Below are positions 14,001-29,000 of a stretch of 64,000 bases of DNA, one piece after another. Every line of letters begins with the position of its first letter. Within the stretch, counting starts at the first letter, position 1. Made by a program: the position numbers and the translations under genes. The stretch spans positions 18,912,001 through 18,976,000 of the forward strand of contig CM075987.1 of NCBI GenBank assembly GCA_038087875.1, given 5' to 3'. The DNA is from Malacoraja senta. Its lineage: Eukaryota. The notes beneath the pieces were generated by a model that did not search any database, had not been told where the DNA came from, and saw nothing but the letters and a program-made list of their open reading frames with translations.

Positions 14001-17000
14001 CCGATCTATTCCTCTCATGATTTTGTATACCTCTATAAGAACACCCCTCATCCTCCTGCACTCTATGGAATAGAGACCCAGCCTACTCAACCTCTCCCTA
14101 TAGCTCTCACCCGCTTCTTTTTCTTAAATGCATTATAAGAGCCCAATTGACATCAATCTGACAGTTTCAGCATCACTTCAAAAATAAAATGGTTTTAACC
14201 TTCAGATTCTACATACACTTGAAAACACAAAGCTGCAACAAAAGCAGTTCAACACGGAACATAGCAAAGTCCTGTTTGAGCACCCGGTGTGAAATATTTT
14301 AGCAAAAGCAGCATTTCCAAAAGAGCCAATTACTAAGTAATAAATGACAACAAAACGATAAATAATGTATGTAAAAAAAGAGTAATTTTGTGTGGAAATA
14401 CAAAATGATCAAAGTCAGCATATGGGGGGCAGCAGGAATTGAGGGAAATGGTAATATTAAGATTATATTTGAATATGAAAACTAATCTAACATCTAGTGA
14501 AATATTAGAGGTCATAGTTAGTTGAATGTTCAATTTTTAATCCTCTTGGTTAAAGGTTTAGTTCCTAGCTCAGAAATCTATACAAATATGCAAAAAAAAA
14601 GACTTCCCACTTAAAATAATTTATCAACATCTAATTTAACCCAACACTGACTATATCACCACATATTTACGGTGAGCTGATTCTGAAAGCATGCCAACAG
14701 TAATTCTGAGAATTTCCAGCCCAGAGTTTCCTTTCTTGACTCAATTGAAAAAGGGTTTAAGAAGGAACTGCAGATGCTGGAATATCGAAGGTAGACAAAA
14801 GTGCTGGAGAAACTCAGCGGGTGCAGCAGCATCTATGAAGCGACGGAAATAGGCAACCCTGCTGCACCCGCTGAGTTTCTCCAGCACTTTTGTCTACCTT
14901 CAATTGAAAAAGGACTGCTTGGGAAGAAAGTAATTGGAAGGGTGGCTGGAAATACGTTTCAGTGAATTTTATTGTTAGATCACATTATATATACACTTTA
15001 TGGGTATAAACAGAAATTTTCCTTAACCCTCTTTAGATCCAAGCTCAAAACAGCATCGCAGAATTTTTATCCCCAACCATCCATCCACATAACAGGAATA
15101 ATGCATAAGAATCCAGTTCAATTAAGTCTCATCATTTACATCAATGGAATGTTGCATTAACTATTTAAAAAATTGTCGAAAGCCAAAGTATTAAAAAAAA
15201 GCAAATGAATAATTTAAAAAATAATAATACATAAAATTTTGAACAGGAAATGAAAAGTAGAAAAGCAAACGGTTATCTGAGACACTTCATTTTGAACCTA
15301 CATTAAGGGCGTGCGAGCAAAGTATATGATAACCTATTATGACTCAGGCAGACTCAAAAGGGTAAATATTTTGTCCATTCATGACCCAGGACTTGTATTG
15401 GCCCTTTTGAGTCCAAAACAGTCAGCACCAATGCATGTAGAAGCATTTTGCACAGAAGAGGAAAGGATGCCATGTGGAGTTCCATAACAAATAGCATGAC
15501 AAAAGAAAAAAAAATTGCGAGAAAATAAACTGGTGGAGGAACTCAGTGGGTCAAGCAGCATCTGTGGAGGGAATTGATCTGCTGATATTTTAGGTGCAGA
15601 GTCTTCAGACTTAAGAAATGTCCTGAGCTGAAAATACATCTGCTCATTTTCCTCTACAGATGCTGTGTGATCCACTGTGTTCCTCCAGCAGTTTTTTGCT
15701 CAAGATTCCAAAACCTGCACTCTAGTTTCTCAAAAAAAATCTCCCGTTTATTGCTGAAGAATATTAGTCCGTATCTTCAATAATCAACACTTACCCTCAT
15801 TTTGTTGTTCACCAAATCTAAGATTGCATCATAAGGAATTTTATCCAATGGAAGGCTCACCAACCATTCTTGCAATGTTTCTAGCAACTTCACTACTGGC
15901 TGTGGTCCAGGGCAGAGCTGTTGAAAAGTAAAATTATTTGTCAGACAAAATCTTCATCTGAACTAAAGACCAAATAAGCTCATCAAGATCTAGAGCATGG
16001 CCATTGAATCAGGATTCACTTCATTTATTTTTAGCATTAAATTATTGAAGGATAGGCTTACAAAGGCTACATTATTAATGATGGCCAAATCTCTTTCTAT
16101 TATGACATGATCAGCAACATATTCAATGCAAATTGCACAAAATTCAGCAGACTGAATTGATGAATTTCATTAATCTCTCATTTGCTGATCAGAGTTGGTA
16201 ATTGGGGCAGATGCAATAATAATATCTAAAACATAGTTGGACAGGTATATGAAAGGAAAAGTTTAGAATTTGGGACAAATGCCGGAAAATGGGACTAGCT
16301 TAGATGGGATATCTTGATCGACATGGACGAGTTGGTCTGAATGGCCCGTTTCCATGCTGTCTCTATGACTCCATTGAAGTTTTGGGTCATACTTGCAGAG
16401 TGAATGGAGATTCTCCATAAAGCAGTAATCCAATCCATGTCTGGTCTCGTCAATGTAGAGGAAACTACATTGTATGTTAAATTTAAAGCTGTAAAAACAA
16501 ATCCAGCATCACGTGAATAAGCCTTTTACGATTTAGATGGTAGGAACGGAGGCAATATTGAAATAATGGTCCAGTTTTACACCATTCTCTTTTCTGTACA
16601 TTAATATATTACCCTAACCTCATGTTCCTTTATTTTAAGTAATAAATTATGTTCTTAGAAGTGGTTCAGAATAAAGGAATGACGAGGTGTATAGGCATAT
16701 GGGAGATAGGATTGAAACACATGTACAATGAACAGCAATATTCTAAATGCTACATCAATAAAATTGAGTCATGCAAATAAAATTAATTGCTTGATTCTAT
16801 TCACAGTAAGAAAGCTATTTTGTTTTGAATCCCTTAGTAAAATTTTGCGAGTCCAGAAGTGAACATTCCCAGATCAGAATCCCAAAATGTTAGTATATTT
16901 TTATGTTGATCAATAATGTAAGCAAAAGCCAACGGATCTCACAAGAAATAAAGCTGAGGAATATGAAAGAAACAGAGGAAGAATGCCATTTGTAGTTTAA

Positions 17001-20000
17001 TGGTGGCTGCACTACTGAAACTACCAAATCACCAAGCTCATCAGTCAAGAAAGAATAAAATAGGATTTAATATTAATCTTTAGAATTTCAGTTCCTTTAA
17101 AGGAATCAGGAACAGCCTTAGCTCAGAAGGTTGAAGGAACAGTATGCAAATACATAAGGATACACAGAAGAATTTGGTTAATGGAAGTTTACTCGGTGCA
17201 TTATATACTGAAACACAAAAAGCAAGTCAACCCTTCACAATCCTTTGCCTTGATCCCAGGGGACAATCTACCTTGATCTTTCTAAATACCAATAACAGAT
17301 GCTATGACTCATTACTCTATTAGATCGCCTTCTGTCCCTGAGGCACATCTGTCAATTGTTGTGTGCAATTTTCTACTACGAGATTAATAAATGGCATTTC
17401 AATTCAAAGAAGAGCATTGCAATCAATATAGTTTATTTTATTTGTGATCTTTTCTAATAAACATGGCATGCAATACCTTATTTGACCAAGATCAGAAACC
17501 ATAATCTAGGTTCAGCACTTATATTTGCATGTGGATTAGACAGAGCTGCTCCACATGTGGCACTGACCAGAGCTGCAGTTACAGTTGAATAGAATAAAAA
17601 TGTTAGACATTTATTTTGACCGATTTAAAAAGCAGACATATTTCCAGCCTGTTGCATCAGGCTTCAAACAAACTCGTTTGTTTAGCATTTTGATGCAGTG
17701 TCATGACTGCAGAAGGCCTAGTTTCAATATCCAGATACTGATCGCAACACTGATCTTTGAGGGAATAAAAAGGAAATATAGCAACATTCATTTCTTACAT
17801 TATAACAGTGATTACACTTCCAAAGTACTATTACGGTGGCAATAAATTACTTAAGGATGTTCCAAGGTCATAAAGGCAAACCTCAAAATTACAACAATAA
17901 CAATATCGCAATATATAGGAAAAGCAAAGACTTTTTTCTCATATATTCAAGATGCGGGTCTTCTTCAAATCATTAGTTTTTGGTTGATTGGGCTTTTAAA
18001 AAGGAGAATATATGGAGAAAACAATATATCTACAAAATAATCTATTCAGAAGAGTTTCTCCAGGAGATCTGGATAGGGGAAGAAGCTTGTTCAATGTACT
18101 TGGATAAATATAAAATCTTCACATAGATTTCAATATTTGAATTTATCACTTTAATTTTCTGAGAAACAAACAAAACTGCTAAAAATGACTAAGAATCAGG
18201 TTCAATAAACAACCAACAACATTTAAAAATTTCGGATCATCATTCTTTTGTTTTCTTTGACCAGTTAAACATGTCATAATCTTGGAGGATCTGGCATTAT
18301 GGAATACATTCATCTAAAAAAAAAACCACTAATCCCTACTGTCAGTTAAAGGATTAAATCAATATATGACATCTTTTCCTTTAAGAAAGTGGAGTGTTAA
18401 TCTGGCCATCTCATTATCTCGACCAACTGATTCCATTTTGGTAAAATACGATAAAAAATATTTCATTTGTAAAATGTCAGACAAAAGAAAAACAGCCATA
18501 GAAAAGAAATTAATTGTCATTCAGAAAATTATTCAGTTACATAAAATGTAAAGCATTCTGCATGCAGCATGTAATCTGATAAATTAATACCTTTTTCAGT
18601 GTAGTCGGACATTTTTATATACATTGAATGCTCAAGGGCACTTGAGGCTACCATGATGTGCCAAGCTATTATAATGTATTTCATTCACATGAAGACCGTC
18701 TAAATAATGTATTAAGGATAACAATAATATTGCTTATAAAACTGTGGAAATAGACAATTCTTTTAAATTTGTTGATTTTCTATCCAATAATGTGCGTCTG
18801 GTCAGCCCACAAAGTGAAGCCACAATACACGAGTACGTGAATTCACAATTGATGCTCTAATTTCCTGCTGTGTTGGACAGAGGAGTTGTCAAACCAATCC
18901 AATAGGATGCTTTCTGCGGTGCTTCTATAGTAATTGGTAAGTGTGATTTGAGACATGCCAGTTGCTTTACGTGATTCACTCTCAGGAAAGCCGATCAGAC
19001 ATCTATGATGTGGGTACAGGTGCACCCGAGGTTGCCAGAGTGGGTGATATCAATCCATTGCACTTCTGTTCAAAATTAGTATACAATGCATTTAGCTTGT
19101 TGGGAAGGGATGTGCTGTTGCCACCAACTTCTCTAGTTGATGACTATTTTTGACTAAAAGATATTTTTCAATTTCTCATTTTTGCCAATATATCTGTCAA
19201 GTTTTGCAAGGTGCAAAAGATCCATAGGATGCTTATGTTATGCTGAAAAGATGATAATTCCTCAGAGCCTGCAATTGTATTGTATCTTTCCACACTTCAG
19301 AATGCTTCAAAATGTTTTACAATCAATTATGCAATTAAAGGAGCAGTTTGTTACATAGGAGACACAAAACTCTTAAATGCCCACTGCAAGCTGAGATAAA
19401 CAATAACTTAATTGTGTCAATCAGTTTCAGTGATATTGATTTTGTGTTTGTCAAGAAAAATAGACCATTGGCAGCCATAATGACAGAATATCTCTGAAGT
19501 TCAGAAAAAGTGCCATTTTAACCAATACAAAAATGAGTAGATGGATCGGCTAGGGAAACTTTTCCCACGCACATAAAAAATCCTCCATGCTTCACTTTCT
19601 GGAAATCTCTAGTGTGGAAATACTAATTAAGTTCAAGGCCACAGCCTATTTGCAACTTTAAACTCTTCAACATTGATACAAATTGCAGTTGCTTTTGACA
19701 AATAATGCTCATTTAAATAATGGTGAATTAGATAATTATTTATGTTATATTTAAGGCATAATTGAAGCTCAATGAATGGAAATAATTTTCCATAATTTCT
19801 TTAATCTATTGCATCCTTGGCCAATATATACCGAAAACAGCCACACTTGACCAGTCCTCTAAAGGATTATTTCACAGTTCTTATCTTACTTTAGTCCATA
19901 GACTACACAAGAATAAGTGATGGTCTGCATACTGCCAGCAGGAAGCATCTTAACATCCCAATGCCTCTTAATTTTGATGATAATGTGATAGCAGTTATTT

Positions 20001-23000
20001 TGTGTGCCATCTGGTGACTTAACCAAGAGCATGCTACTTTTTCATCCACTAAACAGACTTACAATTCCACCTGCTTCAAAATTGTCCTCAGCTGATAACA
20101 TTAATTACTTTAGAGAAAAATATGAGCACAGTTATTAAAATCTGCAACAAAAAAAGTTGTAGCAGCATAACCAGGACACTCTGAAAGTCTGCTCCCTAAT
20201 GCTGTGATGCTGCATCACATAATAGAAACAGCAAAAGTAGTGGTATCAAAGAGGTGGATGCCGAGTTTAAGTTTTAACTAGGTGGCATGGCAACTTTGCA
20301 TCTCATGAAGAACACAAAGATATAAATAACATGGCATGAGCAAAGATATTTACAAGACTTTGATAAGTATAAAGTGGCAATGAAAAGGGTCCAGTAATAC
20401 TAGGACAAGTACACATCAGCAATTCCTTTGAACATTCATCTGCTTTTGTGTCAAAGATCATACACTTACTTCTTCCCACCATTGGACTCGGCTCTCTGTG
20501 ATCCGTACATAGATAAAGTATTGGATTGGTGTTGAAGAAAACTTGACAACTGAGTGAAGTAAAAGATGTATCTGCTGAGCAGTTTTATCATAACGGCATT
20601 TACAGGGACAAATTTAACTGATAATTAGCACAGACAAAATTTCATTTGTGAAAGGTAATGGAAAGTACTGAGTCAAAGATTACCGTTAAGGCTTGTGTGT
20701 GATTGGCTAATGCTGTATGTTTTCTTGAAAGCATCTCAAACAAGGATCTTTTTAATTATACATGGCTCAAAAAAGGGTGCATCATTGGGATCAAATCCAG
20801 CAAGACCCATCAGTTGCATCTGCCACCATACATCATTGCACTCTGGTACACTTATGAGACCATAATCATAACAACCATGTTTCAGATCCCAATAGCATGC
20901 CCAAATTGACAATCAGATAGAACAGAAATTGAATATATTTGTTAATTTATCATAATTACCACTAAAATTCCACTCAAGAGATATTCCAATTACCTTTGAT
21001 AGAACTGTAATTAAATCCTTCAGCGATGTCAATTCAGGCCCCTCCAATATCTTGTGGCTAGCAAGTTCCACACGAAGAAGATAGTGCAAAGAGGACTCCA
21101 GATCAGCAAAATATACCTTACCCCTGAAAACAATGACAGGTTAAAAGCTGTGCATTTTGAATAGCTATCCATCATTGGAAAATGTCCCCTTGATTTCAAA
21201 TTATTACCTCTGAACAGAGAAAAATACCAACACTGATCGCAGTTCTTAATATCTATTCCAACTAAAATTGGAGCAGTATTGCCAGGACATACTTACTGAA
21301 GCACAGATACACACGATGGGAAAGTAGCAGGCAATATACATTCTCTTAGCACAATTTGTGAAAAAAGGTGGATTGATTTTCCAATACAAAATCTCACAAT
21401 GGACCAGTATTAGCTAAGTTGCAATACAAGTCATCTGTAACGTAATGCTGCTGCCTGAGAAAAGACCTGGCTCCGATTCAATTTGCTTCTCACCACAGTA
21501 TGTTAACGGCCAATGCTATCTCACTGACACTTCACTCTGCTCTGACAATTTGAATAATTTGTAATTGTGTAATTTGTAATTAATTTATTAGCCAAGTATG
21601 TAAACATACAAGGAATTTGATTCGCCAACAATCATACAAAAAAGCAACAAGATACATAATCACATAAAAATTAAACATAGACTTAAACAGTGACCACAAC
21701 GGCGTGTGAGAATCCCTAGGGCACACAGCAAAGCAGAGTCCCATAGCCATCAGTTCAATGTCCGGGCTACACACTCGCTCCTTCGTCGGGATGTGATCAG
21801 AGTTGTACCGACCGCTGTCACTCTCTCTGCAGTCCCTGTCCGCCCGAACAGTCAGAAACCCGTCCACACTCTCACTAGACTCCGGGATGTCCTCATGGAG
21901 CCATGTCCCCGCAAAACACCGAGATCACTGCACTCAATCCGAGTCCTCACCAGTGCAAGCAGCACGTACATCTTATTTTCTCGGCGACCTCACATTCCCC
22001 ACTGTGATGGAAGGCAAATAACTTATACCTTTTTTCCTCCCGCGGTCGGGGCAATCGAAACTTCCGCAGTCGGGGCGATCAAACCTCCCGCAGTTGGCGA
22101 TCAAAGCTCCCGCGATCGGGGCGGTCGAAGCTCCTGTGGTTGGAGCTCCCGCAGTCGATCCCTAACAAAGGGACCGCCAGCTCCACGATGTTAAAGCCGC
22201 AGTGCAGATGGAGATATGATGGAAAAAGTCGCATCTCCGTCGAGGAAATAAATAAAAAAGGTTCCCCCCTACCCCCCCCACACTCACACAATACAAAAAC
22301 TAAAGGTACACTAAAAACATACAAGTAAACACAAACCAAAACAGGAAAAGAAGACAAAGACGAGACAAGCTGTTGGCGCAGATCCTTAACTTCATAATCA
22401 GCAGATCTCCATCAGTACGGAATTGGTAACATCATCTCCTCATTGACCAGCAATACGGGTGGACCTCAAGGCTGTGCGCTTAGCATCCTGCTCAACTCTC
22501 TTTGCACCCATGACTCTGTGACTAAGTACAGCTCCAATACCATCCTAAAATTTGACGACACCACTGCTGTTAGCTGAATCACAGATGATGGGAGATGGAA
22601 TATCTTAGTTATATGGTGCTGTAATAGCCACCTCTTGCTCAACATCATCAAAACCAAAAACAAAATCAATCATCGTTTGCAGAAAGGGAAAGTCAGGAGA
22701 CCACGTGCCAGTTTTAATTGGTAGGGTGGCAGTGGAGAGAGTTAGCAGCTTCAAATTCCTGAATGTTAACATCTCAGATGACCTGCTGGGCCCAGCACAT
22801 AGATATAATCACAAAGACTGTGCCTCTACTTTCTTCAAAGTTTAAAAGGATCTGGCATGTCATCAAATACTCAAACAAATCTCTATAGATATACTGTCCA
22901 ATTGCATCATTTACTGTCAACTTGCTAATCATGCCTTGAAGTAGACCCTCAACCCTGTTCAACTATACATTATAATTATGGTTGACTCTTCACCTTCACT

Positions 23001-26000
23001 ATCCCTGCTTGTTCTCATAATTCTTTATTCTCTGCGTACAAAACTCTTCTTAATTTCAGTATGAGTTTCTACAGTTTCCCACGGCAGAGACAACTTGGTT
23101 AAAGGCTAGACATCAAGTTTTGAAAGAAATACTTACTGGTCATTGTCCTTCCAGGGCTTTAAGGCAGCTATCGTATCTTCCTTCGGTCTCACTGACACTA
23201 CATTTTGGAAAGGTAATCTCTTGGTTACACCCGGCAATGACTTTAAATAGGAAGTATAGAATGATCGTAACGACCTTTGCCTATTGTAAAAAATAGAGTT
23301 AGAGTAATCGTTCAATTCTATAATGCATATTGCCATCACCTTCCTGCTTGATATTATCCTTCAGCATTTTCAAAAGATTCCCAAAGATATGTCTACGTTA
23401 TTACACTTAAAAATTACAAAGTAATTTAGGTTTTACAAAATTCATTACCAAAGTTCAAGCACGGATTAGTTTAGTGGTGGATTAATAAGTTACATTGAGA
23501 AAATCTTCCAAATTATCACTTTCATAAATGTGATTATGTTCCAAGTGTTATTAAAAAAGGTTCCGCCTGAACTGATGAAAATTATACAGTGGTCACTAAA
23601 AACTAAGCAAACTGCAAATTATTTTTTTCCATTAGATATCGAAAGTAGGAATTAGAAAAATAATCCAAGACATTAATAAAGTCCCAAATATGAAAATCTA
23701 TAGTCAATATTCCCAAAGAAGATGGCAATAAAATGTAATTTTCACCATCATTTACAATACCTTCCTTGTATAAGGACTGAAGTCTTCAATGTTTTGACAG
23801 ATTAAATCCAAGCATGGTTATAATTTTTTTTGTGGAACAAGACTATGTAAGGGATAACAAATCAAAATAAAATGCTATCAATTGTAGAGGTTAGAAAAAA
23901 AATGAAGGGTGTTTTTAAGTGGAACACTATCACAAACTATTGGAGGTAAAGAAGAAAATGTGAAAACCTATGAGGAGAAAAGCACTAGTGCATACTGTAA
24001 CATTCTCTGCCTACAAAGATGCATCCTGTTTTTAAATTATTCAAGTTTAATTGCTTAAACTGTATCTCTCAACTTATAGTAAAGGCATAGATCAAGAAAG
24101 CAAAAATTGAATTACCAAAACATTCCAGTTCCTTTATAAATTATGAATTACACCAATAAACTGATGTCAGATCGAGGCAGTCCACATTTATCAGCAAGTC
24201 ATTCAGGATAATCTGCTTTTATCCATGCGAAATGGCCAACAAATGTTTAACATCATGTTACATTCCACTCAAAAAGATTCGGCAAGCATTAATGCTTGAG
24301 AACAATCAGTATTTTAATATGCACAGCAAACCTACATTCAGCATGAAGTTTCAATAGCTTGTGGCAAGGACAGTCATGCCAGTAAAATCATGCCATCTTA
24401 TTTATAAATTAAAAAATTTTAAACAGTAGTAATAGATTTTATTTGGTTGTATTTGACGTAAAGAAAATTTTAATTCTAATCCATTAGTTTTAAGGGAATT
24501 TCCTAGCATATGCATAATGTAAGTTGCAAATAATTTACATGCAAACCCACCAGAAAAAAACATTTGTATTATTTTGTTGATTGCAAAATGTTCAATGAAC
24601 TTAGATCAAATTTCAATGCTTCAGAACAGGAATTGGTATTCACCAAGTTTGCGTTACCTCGAGAGTGGCACATTTTGTTAATTTAGTTTTCATTGTTGGG
24701 ACCATTAATGAGGAGGTTTTCCTTAGGATTCTGCTACTGAATGTGAAGGATATTTGAAGAAAGATATCTAGCCCACAGTATGAGAGACATTAAAAGATAT
24801 AATCTGGGGAAGAAAGGAGCAATAATAGTGTGACAATTCAATAGCAGAGTAAAATATCTCCAGAAGAATGTTACAAATAAAGTTAGATATTTTTCAGGCT
24901 AAAATAAATTTCCAAAAGTAATTTCTCACTACAGGTGTGTAAACAAAGGAAGATGGTTGTGTTTGTTGAAGGTCAACTATCCCAGTCCCAGGACATCGCT
25001 GCAGAGGTTTCTCAGGGCAGTGACCTGCACAACTTCATCACAAGATCAGAAGTGAAAAAATTAGCTCATAATTGCCCGATATTCAATACTAGTTGCAGCT
25101 TCTTAGCAAATTCCCCCCAATCCCTCCCCCCGCTCTCCCACCCCATCAACATTCTGGGAGGGCCATCAAAAATTCAACTGGTTGGCCACATAAATACTGT
25201 GGCTACAAGAGCAGATCGGAGACAAAGTTTTTGGTTTTTACTTAGTTAATTTGATTCTGTTCGTTTCACTGAAGGAAGGTTTAAAAAAAATTGCAGTGGA
25301 GCAAGGAATCACCAGCAGTGGTGCATACTTTGTGTTTAAACACTCTCCAGATTTTTCTATAGACGGTATAATAATGTTGATATTTTACAAGCATGACAAT
25401 AACAAAATCTAGGCCACTGAATTAATAAGTGATTACCAGAAACAGAGCATTTTGGGCACAAATTTGCAAACGCTCCCAAGAACGAAAATTTAATTGAATT
25501 TAAATTTAATTTATTGCATATATTTCTCTCATCTTCCATCTCCAAATTCACTTCCAGTTTAAAAAGGAAATACTTTCCAAAACTTCTTCACATTGCATAC
25601 AAGTGTGATCAAGAGAGGTTTTCCTGTCACAAATAGTAAAGTCACTGCAAAATATATATTTTTCATTCCAAAGAAGATCAGGTATGTGTTGTGTTTCCTG
25701 TTTTACAACATCGGACATCGGACCTAATGCATTATGGTTTTGTTTCTTACCCACTCCATTTCAGTCTGTATGATCTGGTGAGATTAAGATTTTTTACAGT
25801 GCCAAAAAGTAATTTGCACACTCACGTGTAAATCAATCCACGAGAGCCATTGGGATGGAACAGGTAACAGGATGGCACCGAAGTAATATTTAGTTTCCCC
25901 ATTAACTTTTCATCAGTATTCACTGCTCTTTTTACCACAATATTTTCATACTGCATCAAATCAAGTATCACCTATTAGAAGATAACACACATCTGTAAAC

Positions 26001-29000
26001 ATCGTAGCAGTTATTTTGAAAGAGTTACATTTTATTATTTTAAAAAAATCAATGCACTATTTGCTCTAAACATTGTGAATACCAGCAGTCTGCCCAGATA
26101 TATTGTCATAAAATGTGTCTGGTTTCAGCTTCTAAGCCAAAGAGCCAAGTGCCTGGTATACAGATGAGTCAAATGGAATGTGCCATCCAACAAACCAAAC
26201 TGGCACTTTTATTCAAACTAATTCCACAGAAAATAATTTAACTCTGAAATGAAATTATTTAACATTGTGCAACTGAATTTAACTTGCATTCACATTGCTA
26301 TGGTACACCATATGTTATTTAAGTTTCTAACTTTGCCACAAAGAAAGACAGACATTGATTGCTTAGGTTTTTGCTTACAGATTCAATTACATGTATGATC
26401 ACGTGCTTATTCGCACTGGTGGCCTGTTCACTGACAAAAGCATTCATCATTCATGAATCCTCAGATTAAATTTTAAACCAACAAGGTTACTTGACACCCA
26501 TTCTTCATTTTCACTTATGCAAAACAATATTTGATGCAAGAGACGATATCCTCCATTTTTGGTGAAATGGAGGAGCAGAAAAGAATTTGGAATGAAATGT
26601 AAAAAAAAAAAATCAACCTTACCTCCCGACCTACATATGACGGCACTGTTTCAAAGATAACAGCAGTATAATGCTTCTGGTGTTTACCCAAGTCTGATAG
26701 GATAGAAAAGGAGCTGAAAGAGAGAAACACATTTAAAAGACAAGTCATACTTTTGTGGATGACGGTTGGAACAAAAATGTACACCAAGGCATCTCCCAAG
26801 AAGACTGCTTTTCTAATTATAACAAAACATTAGATAGATGCCACAGGTAATTTTGTAAATTTGAACTAAGTAAAGGAATATTGAACCATATTGATGTTCT
26901 TAATTTCTGTAAAGAACATTAAATATATTTAGTAAAACATGTGAACTCTTGTTTGTGAATGGTGGCACTCTAAACTAAACAGCAGGCTTAACAACATCCA
27001 TGATATTTTATTTTAAGTATGATCAATTTCTTTGGTTCATCTTCTGAAGATTAGTTGCTTGATTATAGTTTTGCAAATTCTGACAGCCTTCAAATACAAC
27101 ATCGTCTTTCCTAAACAAAAATAAATGTTCAAAGAGTACACTGAAACAATTCCTAGTGGGTTATGTGACTTTGGAGCTCATTCACCTAACTCCAAATCTT
27201 TTCCTGGCTCCATCAACATTCTTAACCTTTCAAACTGGCTTTGCTGCTTATTAGGGTAGGAACAAGTGATCATTTATCTCTTCTGATAAATAATCATTCA
27301 ACAGAGATTGTGGCCGTTCAGTAAAATTACTAAGACCTCAATTAATAGTATTAGTACAGAAAAATGAAGCAATGATCATGTATGTCTAAATACTATGAAG
27401 GACAGTTCCTTTTAGTGTATTGTAAGAAATCAACATCAATAAGATTGTATACAAGGAATTTAATCAATTAATGTTGTGGAAACAAAGAGAATTTTGCACA
27501 TGAAAGGCACAAGAGAAAATAATAAAGTAATTCTCAAGGAATTGCTCTTTCATTTCCTAATTGACCAAAAGAAAGGCTGGAAGAGTAATTGATTTGCTGC
27601 AAAGTAATGCGAGAAAATAAAATGTAGCTGTATGTTAGTATACATCTCCGTAAAAATGAAGAGCCTGCCACAAAGTTAAGTAACAGTAGGGGGCACCCTC
27701 TTCAAATATGTAAAAAGCAACATCTCTCTAATCTTGTACCAAGGTAATTATTAGTCACCAGAAAAATCATTGATGTTATTACTTAAAAACTGGTACTTTT
27801 AACAATACCTGGCTGGTTCCAGCACAGGGCAAGCAGGGGGCTTGTTTGGATATGTACTATTTTGTAGAAAATCGATCATGGTATGTCGGAACGTCTGTAA
27901 TTCTTTGTTTGGTCCTGCAAAACAAATATTCAGAGATTTTAATGAGTTCCCTAATCCATTTTTCATGAGCATTATCATAAAAGTAAACCATATGGGCCTG
28001 TCCCACTTAGGCGATTGCAGGAGACTATGCAGTCGCTACATGGTCGCCGGGGAGTTGCCTTCATGGTCGTGAGGAGTTCCTGCATTCTGGGAACTAGTCG
28101 CGGCCTCATTATGGTAGCCGTGAATTTTACAACATGTTGAAAAATTAGTGGCGACTAGAATGAAGCCGCCAAGGAGAGTAGCGAGAATTCTCGTGCCACA
28201 GGTGGGTCACCAGGAGGTCCTAATGGGCTGCCAGGAGGTCGGCGGTTCTCGGAGGTTCTCAGAGGTTGTAGCCAGTGCTGACCGGTGAATATCATTGGCT
28301 CATTGGGGAAAAAAAGGTAAGCAGTAGTTTTGAGAACCAAGGATAAACCGACCGGTAATGTTAAATGTCCTCCGAGCTTCACAGCCGTGTAACCCTGGCT
28401 TCTTTCAAGTTGTTTCCCCTCCTTCACACCCCCTCTTTTAAAGGACTTACCGTACACTGTGCTTTAGCCGTCTTTTTACAGCGCCAACCTTCCTGTTCAT
28501 CGCGGTGTGTGTCTGTTTCACCTTGGCTTTGCAGCGTGTGATTTTTTTACACAGCGCTCACCCCGCATAACGGGCGTGCATGTGCCTGTGTTCCACTCTG
28601 GCATCGTTCCATTTGCCGGTTTTTCAGGCGACTGCCGGCAACTTGACAGTCGCCGGCAGTCACTTGAAAAATTGCTTAAGTGGTGCCTTGCATTTTTCCA
28701 GTACATAATATGAATAAGGTTGTTTCCAAAACGGAATACCTCTGAAGCACAGGTTCACCACCGATTATCCAGTACCCTTGGTTCCAGAGCCTTGCCAGAT
28801 TATCCATTTTGCCGGACCAACGGCAAAGTCATGTAAGGTCACGCAATTATAATTCAACAATACATTCTGACCCATGAATTATACCCCTCCCGTGTCTCTT
28901 AAGCACAATGGACTGCTAGAAACTTAAATAAAAAAATATTAAATTACATTAAATTTACAGCAAAGCTTTCTTGCACGGGCAGCCCGGGCACCGATCCACG

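Noticed and set aside
28749..28835. Tigger/pogo-like MITE end
   Set aside because: Only a possible left end was seen; no matching inverted right end or TSD found.
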